DNA of 64,000 nt, taken from Balanoglossus misakiensis (taxonomy: Eukaryota; Animalia; Hemichordata). Position 1 is the stretch's first letter, and each line of letters begins with the position of its first letter. The translations under genes and the position numbers were made by a program. The notes below the pieces were generated by a model. That model searched no databases. It was not told the origin of the DNA and worked only from the letters and a program-made list of their open reading frames with translations. Below are positions 38,201 to 50,196 of this stretch, one piece after another. The stretch spans positions 7,031,849-7,095,848 of the forward strand of contig CM082597.2 in the NCBI GenBank assembly GCA_040954595.2, given 5' to 3'.

Positions 38201-41200
38201 TACAAACAGAAATGAGGGGAACAGTATCCACCTGTTAAACCAAATACTAGTATGCTCATATGCGAACACGTATTAGACTTTCATGGGATTGTCTGGCCCC
38301 AAATGGAGAAACAATGGTACTTATTTGACATACCCATCTGGCGTTTTTTTTCATGATTTCAATGTTGAGTCAATAAATGTTCGCTCATGTTTCTACCACC
38401 CATATCTTACTTCGACAACCTCTCTGCCATGTCAGATGTTGCGAAAGTCGCAGTTACCGGGCCTGGCGCAATCGTAGAAGGCAACCAGACCACAATTACA
38501 TGTATAGTGACTGACGGTATCCCGGATCCACACTCTATTACACTGTATCACGTTAATGAAACCATCAATGAGGTTTACACCGTGGAGAAGCAGGCCGGGG
38601 TCACGAATCACACCTTTGACCTTGGGGTCATTGAGCGATGGCATAATGGTAGTTACTACTGCATAGCGGCCACTAAATTTTTTGACGACAGCGTTGGGAG
38701 TGGGAAAAGTGCGGAAATAGCCGTCTTTGTTCATTGTGAGTAATTTGAGTTTTTTACTGAATGAAAGGTATATGTTAACCGGAAAATACCGAAGTTCAAT
38801 TTATAAATCGTGAGTTGTAGATTGTCAGAAACTGTGACGGTGATAGTCACCTGTCTCCCTCATTCCAAAATCACTGTCGCGATTTCTTATGTCAAAAGGA
38901 CTATTATCTAATAACATTATTCTTCCAAGTTTAAAAAGGATGTCAGTCAAATTTCAGATGCACCGACCATAATCAACAAGAGAGCCAATCTGTCTGAAGC
39001 AACTGAGGGCGACGAAGTTAACTTAACGTGCATTGTAGACGCTTACCCGCATGCAGGTTTTACGTGGACAAAAGAAGGTCGGGAAATAGAGAAAGGGGAT
39101 ACCGAAATTTTGAAGATCGCAGGTGTTAACATGATGGATGAAGGCATTTATACATGCACTGCACGGAATTATGTAGGAGTTGATAAGCACACTATACAAC
39201 TAGAAATACACAAAGCTGAAAGTAAGAAACTTCTGTCTCACTATAGTTGTAACATTAAAGGTCACATGTCATGCTTTGGAAAGTTTTCATTTTTCCACGT
39301 CAAAAGCTCACCTAGGGTACCTGTCTATGCATTGCCTATTGTGTCGGTTCCGAAAAATGTGCGCGAACGCCGGAATTTGCCCCCTTTTTTCATGCCTGTG
39401 ATCGGGGAGCCACTTCGCACTCGAGCCAGGCGAAGGTATTTGCATATGGACAAACAAGTACACTACGTCGTAGTGTACCATTCTGTTTACAGTAAAGTGT
39501 AATTATCGGTCCATGAGTAATTAAGTCCACAGACAAAGACAAGCTATATAAACAGTGTTCAAAGCAAAGGAAGCCCTTGCCTCACATTGCAGGCAGAGGA
39601 TTTACAAAGGTGTGAAAGACTATTTGTCCACATCAAGATAAGTCTTCGGCTTAACTTCGAAAAGCCGAAAAAAATCGACTGAGTTGGGTTAGGGGTACAC
39701 GCCCACCCGCCACTTTTACTTGCTTGTTATCTAAGCACAAGGGGCAAAACGCATTGCAAGATAGTAACATACGTTAACTTCAAGACCCAAATAGTGATTT
39801 TACGCGTGGTTGTATAGGACATGGCATGAGACCTTTAAGCTAAGGGGTCACGATTGGTGGGATATGTAAGAACAGGTCAGACGATTGCTTCTGCAATATA
39901 AATTACCTAAACTACCTAACAGAAGTTTGTGATGGACATCCATGTTTCATGCAACCTGAACTGTGCGAAGGGATAATACATTTACAAGGCCACGTCATAT
40001 CACGACACAAGTAATTTTCACACGAGATTTTTTTATATTCAAATTTCCGAATATTAATTTGTGCTTTGTAAGGTTTGCACATTGTTTTCAGTGGGTATCG
40101 TTGGATTCTAAAAAATTATACAGGCGATCGACTCAGTTCGGACACTTTCACTTGATATAGTTATTATGAAGCATGGCTAAGTTTAAACTTATAGATGCAC
40201 ATGTATTCTATTGTTTCAGGACCTCCGAAATCGTCACAGGTTATGACAATACTTCTTAGTACGGTGGGCGTTATATTCGTCATATGTGGTTCTGTCGTTT
40301 TATATAAAGTTAAAGTACTTAAAGTGTGTAGAAACTCGAAGCCGGCTATTTCGGTAAGATATATTATTATTTTTTATTGCGATGTACGTGTTGGAGATTT
40401 GGGTAAGATGTTTAAAACGCCGTCAAAAGAAACATGGACAAGAACATAGAAAAAGGTGGAGTGAGGGAACAGTCACAGGGCCGAAAAGACATTGCGTTAT
40501 CTACCCTAATCTCGATTAAGGAGAAACAGATACGAAATTATATTTGTTGTCATACAAAATTAAAAAATAATTGCTGATCAAAATATACACCAGTATAATC
40601 AATAATTATTAAAACGAGAATTGGTATTGGTTACATAGCATCCAGTACAGGGAGAAGGCATTAACGAAAATGATGATGCTTACCAGGAACTACATGACGT
40701 AATGCAGGTCAGATCTATTCAATTCATTGCTTTGAATTTAGTCTTATCGTATTTTGTCAATGTCAGATCGATTTCAGGTCGATGATATACTCACTGAGGT
40801 GTGGTTTTTATTCTCTGCGTGTCCTCACTGTCTCTCCATGTCCCTCTCTCTGACTCTCTCTCTCTTTCTGTCTGTCTCTGTCACTGTGTGTGTCTCTCTC
40901 TGACTCTCTCTGACTCTTTCTCTGTCGCTCTGTCTCTCTCTGTACCTCTCTCTCTCTGACTCTCTGTCTCTCTCAGTCTCTCTCTGTCTCTCTATCATGT
41001 GAAGTTGTCAGATATATGTATGTTTCTTATCTAAAGAAGGAAAATCGGTAATTAAAGCACGAGTTTTATTGACAATTGTTTGTAGATGATGTGCATGTCT
41101 TTTGTCATGTTTTCCAATTACAGCCTCCGATTTATGCATCTCTTCGTACCTACACATCTCTCACAAATTTGAGATCCGGTCACGAGACCGATTACACCAA

Positions 41201-42808
41201 ACTTGAAAAGGTGATCCCAGAATATCCACGTCATGTTATTCATCAGACGGACTTTATCGGTGAAGGCACCTTTGGAAGGGTTTTCAAGGCTGAGGCGCGA
41301 GACTGTGTTGGCAATGATGGGGTGATTATATTTGCATTAAAAATGGTGAAAGGCAAGTAAGTTTTGATAAACTTGCTGCATTATCTCAATCTTCCTATAC
41401 ATGTAGGAATATCGGAAAACAAATGTGTCGACAACACAGAAATCCGTTTGTGTTTGTCGGAAGAACTGCGTTATTTAGAGGCACTTTGACACAGAACAAG
41501 TGAAATTTAAAACTCAACTTTAGGTTGTCTGTATATATTTGTTGAAAAATATATTTCAGATAATGCGAGTGAAGAGGACAGAATGAAACTGAATGATGAA
41601 TTGGAATTATTGAAACGTGTCGGTCAACATGAACACATAGTATGCATTCACGGTTGCTGCACTGACACAGGTAAATACTATCATTTTTTCATCTGTTCAT
41701 ATTTTCTCTCGATGTTGCAATGATTTTAAGATATCAACAGTTGATCAATATTGCTTACGTGATATTTACGCTTCCGTGCATTCTGTTAGATTCAAATCCA
41801 TTGGCATTTTTTGTGTGAAATATGATTCGTTTCACTTTTCTTCTGTAATAACAGAACCACATTATATTTTGATGGAGTTCATGTCACTTGGTAACCTGCA
41901 GAAATACTTACACCAGTGTCTCAAATCAAACAAAGCAGAGAATTCCAACTGTGGTGCACGTTCATTCACCCTGAATAACGATGACGTCATCACCTTCGCT
42001 CGTCAAATCGCTCGTGGAATGGAATATCTAGCGTCAAAACAGGTACGAAAAATGACTCAAGTACATTTATGCGCTGAAACAGCTGCTCACAGAAAGGAAA
42101 ATTCTTCAAGGCAGTTTACATCTGACAAACAATTAACCATCACATTAGAAAATATAGGCATTAAGACAAGCGACATACTGGAAGACACACTAGTAAGCAT
42201 ACATGTATATACAGACAGACAGGCAGACAGATAGATATACTGGCAGGCAGGCATGCAGACAGACAGACAGACATAGATAAACTGACAAACAGGCAGGCAG
42301 ACGAACGGAGAGACAGAGAGACAAATAGACACACAGAAAACTGACATCTAAGGTATTACAGGTACTACAGATAAATACCAGAGAGTTAAATATATCTAAA
42401 TGCTAGTTATCATTTAAATCAATATATATAATATTTAATGCGATATTAAAGTTACAATTTTATCGATATTATAGTGCGTTCATGGAGATTTGTCTGCAAA
42501 AAACGTCTTAATGAATGGCAACAGGGTTTGTAAAGTGACAAACTTTGGTCGAAATCATGGAACGCACCCCCAGTCCGAAGATATGGATAATATACAGGTA
42601 TCGGATGTAGAATAACGCAGTCAACTGCTTTGTCATTATTCGCATGTTTGCATAATATATCATAAGAGTTAACATTTGGACACACCCGATGTCTTATAAC
42701 ATAACAACATGATCCATTGACGACAGTAGCCAAATCCCCACCAGATGTTGATGAGGAGTTTGAAACGTGAACATGATGAAAACAACAATCAACCAACGCA
42801 TCAGTCTG

Positions 42809-42896
<88 letters not shown>

Positions 42897-42964
42897 CCAA
42901 CCAACCAATCAAGCAGTCAGTCAGTCAGTCAGTCAGTCAGTCAGTCAGTCAGTCAGTCAGTCAG

Positions 42965-43013
<49 letters not shown>

Positions 43014-44711
43014 TAATCAAAGTGTTGTCTATCCGCTTACTCACAAGAAACATTTACCAATACGCTGGGTGGCGCCAGAAACACTGTGGCTTTCTGAGTT
43101 TTCACCGAAAAGTGATGTTTGGTCATTTGGAGTGGTTGTTTGGGAAATCATCACCAAAGGTAGGATACAGTGACTTTAATATATAATAATTAAAGATTAC
43201 TCATTTCTCTGGTCATTGTACTATAGATGTTCATGTCGGTTTGCCGCTCTGCAAAAACGGACAATTTTGCAATTATTATTTCAGGAAACACTCCATATTC
43301 GGGTATGTCAGCACAAGAAGTTGTTGAATTCATTCGACAGGGGAATCGTATGAGTAAACCTGACTGCTGTCATATTGATCTGTAAGTTGTTTAGTAACCA
43401 TTTATTTTTTGAAAAGATAAATGATTTTAGAGAAAACGTTGAAATGTTTATCAGAAAAAGAAGCACAAGTCGTTGGACATGTTTGGCTGACATACACTCA
43501 CTCAGTCCGTTTCCAGGCATCGAAACGAAGACGAAAACGCCATATAAGAAAATGGTATTAGCAAAGTAGAACAGACATGAATACGAGGTTGATAACGACG
43601 ACCGTGTACTAGTTCAAGAAAGGCAGCATAATGATTAAACCAGGAAATTCGTGTACATTTGCAAAGAACATATCTCTCAACTTAAGGTACATGCTGATGA
43701 TGAACTGCTGGTCTGAGAATCCGAGCAGACGCCCACCCTTTAATCAACTCGTTCGCGAACTCGAAGATTTTGAACATGGTAATGAGGTAAGATCTGCATG
43801 TACAGTCAAGTCTTTTTTTAGAGTTTACCTCTAGATAGTGGCCACCTCTATATAGTCGCAATTTTTATACAGTCACTGTACGTGCAATTAGCATGTTTAT
43901 TACACCTCACGTATTATGTCGTATTCGTGATTGGCTGAGACGCGCTCTCGTGACATAGAGAAAAAAGTGATATAACAAGGCAAGATTTGATAAAGCCCTG
44001 TTGATATTGCCCGCTGTGTTGTTTTGGTGTTCTGCGCACGACTTCTGCGCGTACCAAACTGTCGTTCAATGGCTTCCTCCACGATCAGTCAACTCCTGCA
44101 TCTATGGCATCAAAGCGACACACAAGCTTAACACCTGTTCAACTGGACGATATTTTACTGCATTGAGGGCAGCAAACGGACAGTTAATACCAAAATCGCA
44201 ACCAACAGCGCAGTATTCTCAAAATTATCTGAGTTCGAAGTAGGTATAGTTCTTGGGAGATCGAGACATTTAACATTTTCAGCAACGTACGACATGGACG
44301 AAACCCTACGTTCTCCTATGCTGCAGTGTATGTAAGTTCAAATGTTCGGCGTAATAAAATTAATAACACATGATGCTCGGGCAACATAACGATTTGAAGC
44401 CTGCCCTCGGGCTGGTGATCTCTGACCATAATAAAGGACAGGAAAAGGAAAGTCCCTTGACTGGCAACTATAGACACGTTTGACTGTATGTTCCTTTACA
44501 GACGACATTATCAAAATTGTGGCATTTGTGTGTTCCTGCTGCCAAAGTGCTGTCGAAATGCAGAACCTTTTCAACCACTTAAACCTTTATCTGCTGCTGA
44601 TTTATTGCTGTTGAAACGATTTCTATTTTTTCTTTCCTTTATTTCGCATTCACTTTACAGGTGTTCAACTTCGGTGACGTGTGTGGGGAATACGAGATCT
44701 CATCACCATAA
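35210..44711 (+). CDS. Ig-domain receptor tyrosine kinase-like gene D; leader-6xIg-TM-ITAM-atypical kinase
   Basis: Exons: 35210-35258, 35994-36302, 36577-36852, 37145-37411, 37648-37911, 38436-38735, 38958-39221, TM 40220-40353, 40639-40707, 41124-41352 (GEGTFG, ALK), 41560-41670, 41855-42042, 42475-42597 ([11 protein letters not shown]), 43048-43159 (RWVAPE, SDVWSFG), 43285-43381, 43687-43786; probable last exon 44661-44711 (uncertain). Confidence 0.88.
39259..39834. mobile_element. MITE, TTAA TSD (Kolobok-like)
   Basis: ttaa-AGGTCACATGTCATG ... CATGGCATGAGACCT-ttaa. Confidence 0.82.
40830..40993. repeat. CT-rich low-complexity tract
   Basis: Imperfect (CT)n/(CTGT)n. Confidence 0.85.
42810..43010. 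repeat. (AATC)n/(AGTC)n compound microsatellite
   Basis: Direct repeats. Confidence 0.95.
43803..44487. mobile_element. Probable Tc1/pogo-type MITE (ta-CAGTCAA...TTGACTG-ta), with nested sequence
   Basis: Ends resemble the 60543-61505 element; TA flanks. Confidence 0.5.
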
Positions 44712-45214
44712 ATTTTAAACCGTGAACTATAGATCTCACTACTTCCGTTAAATAGGTGGGCGAGAAAATCTGTGGAATACAGGAAATAAAATGTTCTACC
44801 GAGAGAGAGAGAAACAATGTATCTGCTTTCATATGAATATCTACTCATTTTTAGTTTTAAAAAATAATTTGAAATATGTATATGATTTATTGAAACATTG
44901 ATATTTATGTGATACATAAATGATACTAGATTGTTGTCTTTGAATATTCAATTTCGCAAACGATTACTTTAATTTTGCGACTGTATTTTGTGAATGTATA
45001 AAACTCTCGCGTTAGAGAAGGCAACAGTCAGCGTGAAAATATTACAATAGGTCACCTTCAAGCTTTCATGAAAAATTCTTTTCTCAAAATCATGGCTGTA
45101 TGGACAAATTTGCTAATATTTCTTTACACTGTTGGCGACTTTGACCTCATCAGTGCTAAAAAATGTCTCTTCATAAAGAGACTCAGATTTGTCATATGTT
45201 AAGAAATATCTTAA

Positions 45215-45430
45215 AAGGACAAAGTCTCTCTCTCGCTGCCCTTTTCCAAATAATTATGTCTGATACCAGACACTGTTTATGTTATTCTACATCAGGATAT
45301 GTAGTGAATCAACGTTCGACCACACACATCTTCCATCCCGTTTGTAAGATATGGGAGTAAAAATCTCGCCCAAAATGAATAAACGGAAAAAAACGATTAT
45401 TCATTTTGGCGAGATTTTTACTCTCATATC
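45215..45430. mobile_element. Truncated inverted copy of the 26484-26743 MITE
   Basis: ttaa-AAGGACAAAGTCTCTCTCTCGCTGCCC and matching internal sequence. Confidence 0.8.
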
Positions 45431-46163
45431 CCACCCCCTCCATTCTTTGCCACATTTCATTTATTGCCTGGTTTGTCTAGTGTACCAGGGCAGACTACTT
45501 GCCCCCCACCGATGTTTACTTTGAGTGGAGTGGAAAAAGTAAAATTGGTCTTCCCCAACATTGACTTTATTTGCTTTTGAGTTCTTTAAAATGCAACTTT
45601 GAGCACTGTATTTTACAAAGTTTTCTTATGTGGGAGGGGGACACCCTCCCACACCCCCTCCCACACTCACCCCTTCATTCTTCGCCACTTCTAGTGTACC
45701 AGAGCATAGCACTTGCCCACTCCACCCCACCCCACTGATGCTAACTTTGAGTGGCAAAAGTAAAATTGGTCCTCTCTAACATTGACTTTATTTGCTTTTG
45801 AGTTCATTAAAATGCAACTTTGAGCAACGTATTTTACAAAATTTTCTTTACTCTTACCCCCGCCACTTTTCTTGTTTTACCAATTCTAGCAACTATTGTA
45901 TTTACTTGTCATTTTAATCTATTCACAGATTTCTTTATTGCAACGATATACTATTATATACTTCAATTACTTTAAGAAATTTATAATTGAGGTGTTAGGA
46001 GCCTCATTCCCTTTATTGCATACAGTGTACATAGGATCAGGACGGCGAATGTTTTTGGCGTGGGGGGGGGGGTCATCTGTCAAAGGGGGGGGGGGGGTCG
46101 GCCTGATTTTGAAAACCGATGACACAAACTTGCCACCCCCGGCCGTAAAAACTGAACGGTCCC
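45431..46163. mobile_element. Partial inverted relative of the 57552-58491 Harbinger-type MITE
   Basis: Ends GCCGTAAAAACTGAACGGTCCC-tta; internal similarity. Confidence 0.75.
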
Positions 46164-46181
46164 TTAGCGTATCAAAGCGTT

Positions 46182-46274
46182 TTAACCCTTCCACCCCCAC
46201 TTCCCTCTATAGAGATCTAACTTTCCTATAGTAAACAATGGATTTGGACCAAACCATGGTCATGAAAGGGTAAA
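46182..46274. mobile_element. Short ttaa-CCC...GGG MITE (piggyBac-like); related copy inverted at ~46973-47065
   Basis: ttaaCCCTT...AAGGGtaaa and reverse-complement similarity between copies. Confidence 0.55.
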
Positions 46275-47858
46275 TGCATAAACATATAAACAAGGTCTCT
46301 AAATCTTTATTAGGGTTTATATTCTATAAACAGTATGTATGGTGCCCTCGTCCGACATTTGGCCCAGTTTTCTTATTGCTGATGCAAGTGTACTAAAAAC
46401 AACTACTGCAATACTTCTGAAAAATAAACTTGCTACTTTCTGGATTAATTAATTTAAATGACGTTAGGAACCCTCAATTTAAATTCCACAGTGAGAAATC
46501 GGTAGATCTATACAAATTGTACGTGTGATATTTTCAGTTGCTCATGAAATGAGTTCTATAACATAATTTATATAGAATGGTTCTACAAGTGTATATTTTG
46601 TAGTCATCCACATAATGTGATAGTATTTATTCTGTAGGGGTTGTATTGGTTCAGATAAAATACTGCTTCACCCGTTTCTGTAATAAAACCAACAGTACTT
46701 TATATGAAGTACTTTCTGAAATAAAGGTTCCATATTAAATAATTTTTTATTTCAGTGTTATTTTTATTTTCTGTTTATTTTAAGATATTTTCTTATGGAT
46801 TGTAGCTGCAACTTCCAGCCATTTTGTTTTATATCAAGAAGTGTTTGCAACAATAACAACACAAACAAAATTGCGTAAGAATGTTTAACTATTTTTATTC
46901 ATTAATTTGATTAAATTATGAACAAAGCAGTTCTCGAGTTCCCCGTGGTACACCCAATAACACATAACAGCTTTAACCCCTTTGCTACCATGGTTCAGTC
47001 CAACCCATTGTGTTCTATGGTAAGGTTGGACCTCTAAAGAGGGAAATTGGGGTGAAAGGATAAAAGCTTCACAAGCTGCCAATATTGCATAATAATTAAT
47101 ATTCATGATTTTACTTTCAAACTTACACTGATGATTGTTCCATTGAAAATAAGTTTACTGATGGCTATGCACAGTTAATGTCTAACTGGATCAAGCCTGA
47201 TTTTAAACATGAAATAATAATAAAAAAATCTTATTGAATCTCCACAATTGTAAAATGGAGTCACCTGTTGGTCAAAGATAAGGAGGAGATTGAAGTATTT
47301 TATCACAAGTCAAACCTGTGTATTGGCCACCTCTACGGTATATAGTGGAAACATATCTATAGTAACCACACTAACAGCCACCTGTTTGTAAGTAAAGTCC
47401 CTTGACTGGCACAACTATTGACAGATTTGACAGACACTTTTTAAAAATAACAAATGAAGAATTCACCCTCTATTTCAATTAAAAATTAATAATAAAACTG
47501 AATGACCAAACACTCACAGTCTTCAATGTAGACAAGCTGCTTTGTCCAAGATTCTGTTCGAAAATATTTCATCAAGATGAAGCTTAATGATCAAACAAAA
47601 GATGACTTTTACAACTAGAGTTTTCACAATTATGTTGCAGGTTTCATTGAGTGTAGCCAAATCTTTAAAAATCATGGTAACTGACATGTCTGTGGAGAGA
47701 ATGGAGAAATGGTCTCAAAGAGAAAAAGTTCTGGTGTCACAGAGGTTGAAAATATGAGTTGAGTTTTTAATGGATCTGGGTAACATTACAAAGTATAGGA
47801 ATCTGACAGGGGAAATGGCAGTTATGCATTATAAATACATATTACATTCCAGGACGAA

Positions 47859-47893
<35 letters not shown>

Positions 47894-47895
47894 AT

Positions 47896-48154
47896 CGTTC
47901 AAATGACAACTTTCTACTTCATGTACCACGGAGTAAGAAGAAAACATACGGTGATCATGCCTTTTCGTATATCGCCCCACTCATTTGGAACAGTGTCCCA
48001 ATAGAAGTATGCCAGTCACCTAGCCTTGATAGTTTCAAGAAACACATCAAGACTTATTTAACAGAGCCTATTAACAGTAACTTTACATTGTTTCTTGACA
48101 TTGTAAAGCGCTATTGAAAACTGTTGCAGTGGAGTTTGGCACTCTATAAATCCC

Positions 48155-48188
<34 letters not shown>
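47896..48188 (+). mobile_element. 5'-truncated LINE 3' end (L2/CR1-like) with (GATT)n tail, in (TAAA)n
   Basis: LHVPRSKKKTYGDHAFSYIAPLIWNSVP...SFKKHIKTYL, typical ORF2 C-terminus, then short UTR and microsatellite tail. Confidence 0.8.
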
Positions 48189-48974
48189 AAATAAATAAAT
48201 GAATAAATAGATAAATAAATTAAATTAAAAAGCAGTGCTCCTTGCTGCTATAGAGGAACCAACGTGAGGACATACTTTGCATGAACTTGCATTTTACTTA
48301 CCACTTTCTGAAAGACTGTCGTCCTGAAATTTTTGGTAGATATCTTCTATGACCAATTCAAATGCATCGCCAACCTTGATCATCGCATCAGAATGTTGCC
48401 TGCCAGTGGTGCTACTGTCCTCTTTCTTTTCACATTCTGAAACATTGGCAACATATAAATTTGGTACTCCTGTGATTTGAATCACTCTACTTGAAGGCAT
48501 AAAACAATATATCAGGCTCTTAACAATATCAGGAGCAGATCGTGTATGTAGCAAACGGCCTCTCTAAATAAACCAGCATCGCCAAAATGAAACATAAACA
48601 AAACACAGACACCTGTGATTATTATTATCGTTTCCTGCTACATTTTCATGTTTATTTCACCATATTAAAATACAATAACAGACGGACTGAAATCAACATA
48701 GCCATTTTCTGCAATAAACAAATGGTTCATTAGTTTTATCCATTGTGGGGCTAGCGTCGTCTGAACGCCAAGAATAACTGGCCCAAATATCTGGGGGAAC
48801 TAATGCACTTTGGACTCATGCAAAAAAAGCTCCTGTAAAAGTATACTCTAGCCTTATTTTTTATCAGTTAGTAAAACGTTTTCTTTAATATAAACTGGTG
48901 GTTGTCCCCAGGGATTGCACAGTCAGTTATTTACAAAAAAAAAAAACAAAAAAAAAACAAAAAAACAAAAAAAA

Positions 48975-49575
48975 ACATTGAATATGCGCATAAGAAAAAA
49001 TGGTAAACCTGGGATCAGGTGTTATAAATAGACAGATTTACATCAAATTGGATCATGTAAGCTTTGTCTCCAAATTCAGTCAAATTGTTATAAACAATAG
49101 TATATAGAGTTGTATGCAGAGAAATTTATTGGACTATGTACCGGCTTAAACTGTCCAAAGAAGTTGTTTGATAAACAATATTTCCATAATCCCTGTGTGA
49201 ATTATGACAGCTGGGGTAAAAAATAAAATACTGAAAATTTCTTCTTTTTTATTAATATTTTATTTATAATTTTCCAAATAACATACAGTGAAATCTGACT
49301 GTTACATGTAAAAATCAAGCAACAATTGTATTCAAAATTTTGTACATTAAAAGAAAAATTGCACCACAGTGATTTATGACACATGACAATCTTTTCACAA
49401 TACATATAAAAATAACAGATTAGGGAATTAGTTTCAGGAAACAATCTTACATTGACAAAAATGATAAACATACATTATAGAAAATACGAGTAATTGTGAA
49501 AATACTAGTATGGCAATGATTTGATTACTTGTGCTGAAATACTTGAAATATTACAATAATTGCTAGTTCATTATA
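48975..49575. repeat. ~600-bp segment duplicated at ~63400-64000
   Basis: Near-identical, same orientation (tatgcgca...atggtaaacctg...gctagttcattata). Confidence 0.92.
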
Positions 49576-50196
49576 AAATGTCAAATAACATTGATAAAAA
49601 CCTGAGTGATCCAGGGCATGGCAGTTTACATGTAAAACAAAATAAACATCAAATGTAGATGTATACAGTTATTATTATGAGTTATACTATTACTTGTACC
49701 TACTTGTGGTAAAAATGTGACTAAAGTTATACAATACCAGGATATACAGGGATGGTTAGATTTCTATAAACACAAAACTTGGACACTGTCTCTCTATGGC
49801 TGTATGTGAGCCAACATGAACTTTTACAATGTAGAAAAAGTCAAACTAATTTCTCACACTCTCTTACACATTCTCACTATATACACATTCATGCACACAA
49901 GTGTGTGCACCCATACACACACACACACACACAAAACATGCATATATGAATTCTTATGTACACATTCTTTATATAATACTAGAAATATAGTAATGCAAAA
50001 AATATAGTATACTGTCTGAATAAGAAATTTATACACATGAAGGTTTTGACAACTTTTGCTCCACCTCCCAACATAAATGAAAATACAAATTAAATGGTTT
50101 TGATAATGAAGACTTATTCATTATCTGAAACCGGTTGTTTTGCGAAAAGGGTGTTTCTTTTCTGTTTGGTTATTATTTGATATTTCAGGTCAGAGT

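Noticed and set aside
44283-44335. Candidate C-terminal exon of gene D
   Set aside because: Lies within a probable MITE span (43803-44487) and reads poorly in the phase required by the 43786 donor; 44661-44711 preferred but unproven
49202-49471. 89-aa ORF duplicated at 63628-63897
   Set aside because: AT-rich, no domain features; similarity reflects DNA duplication
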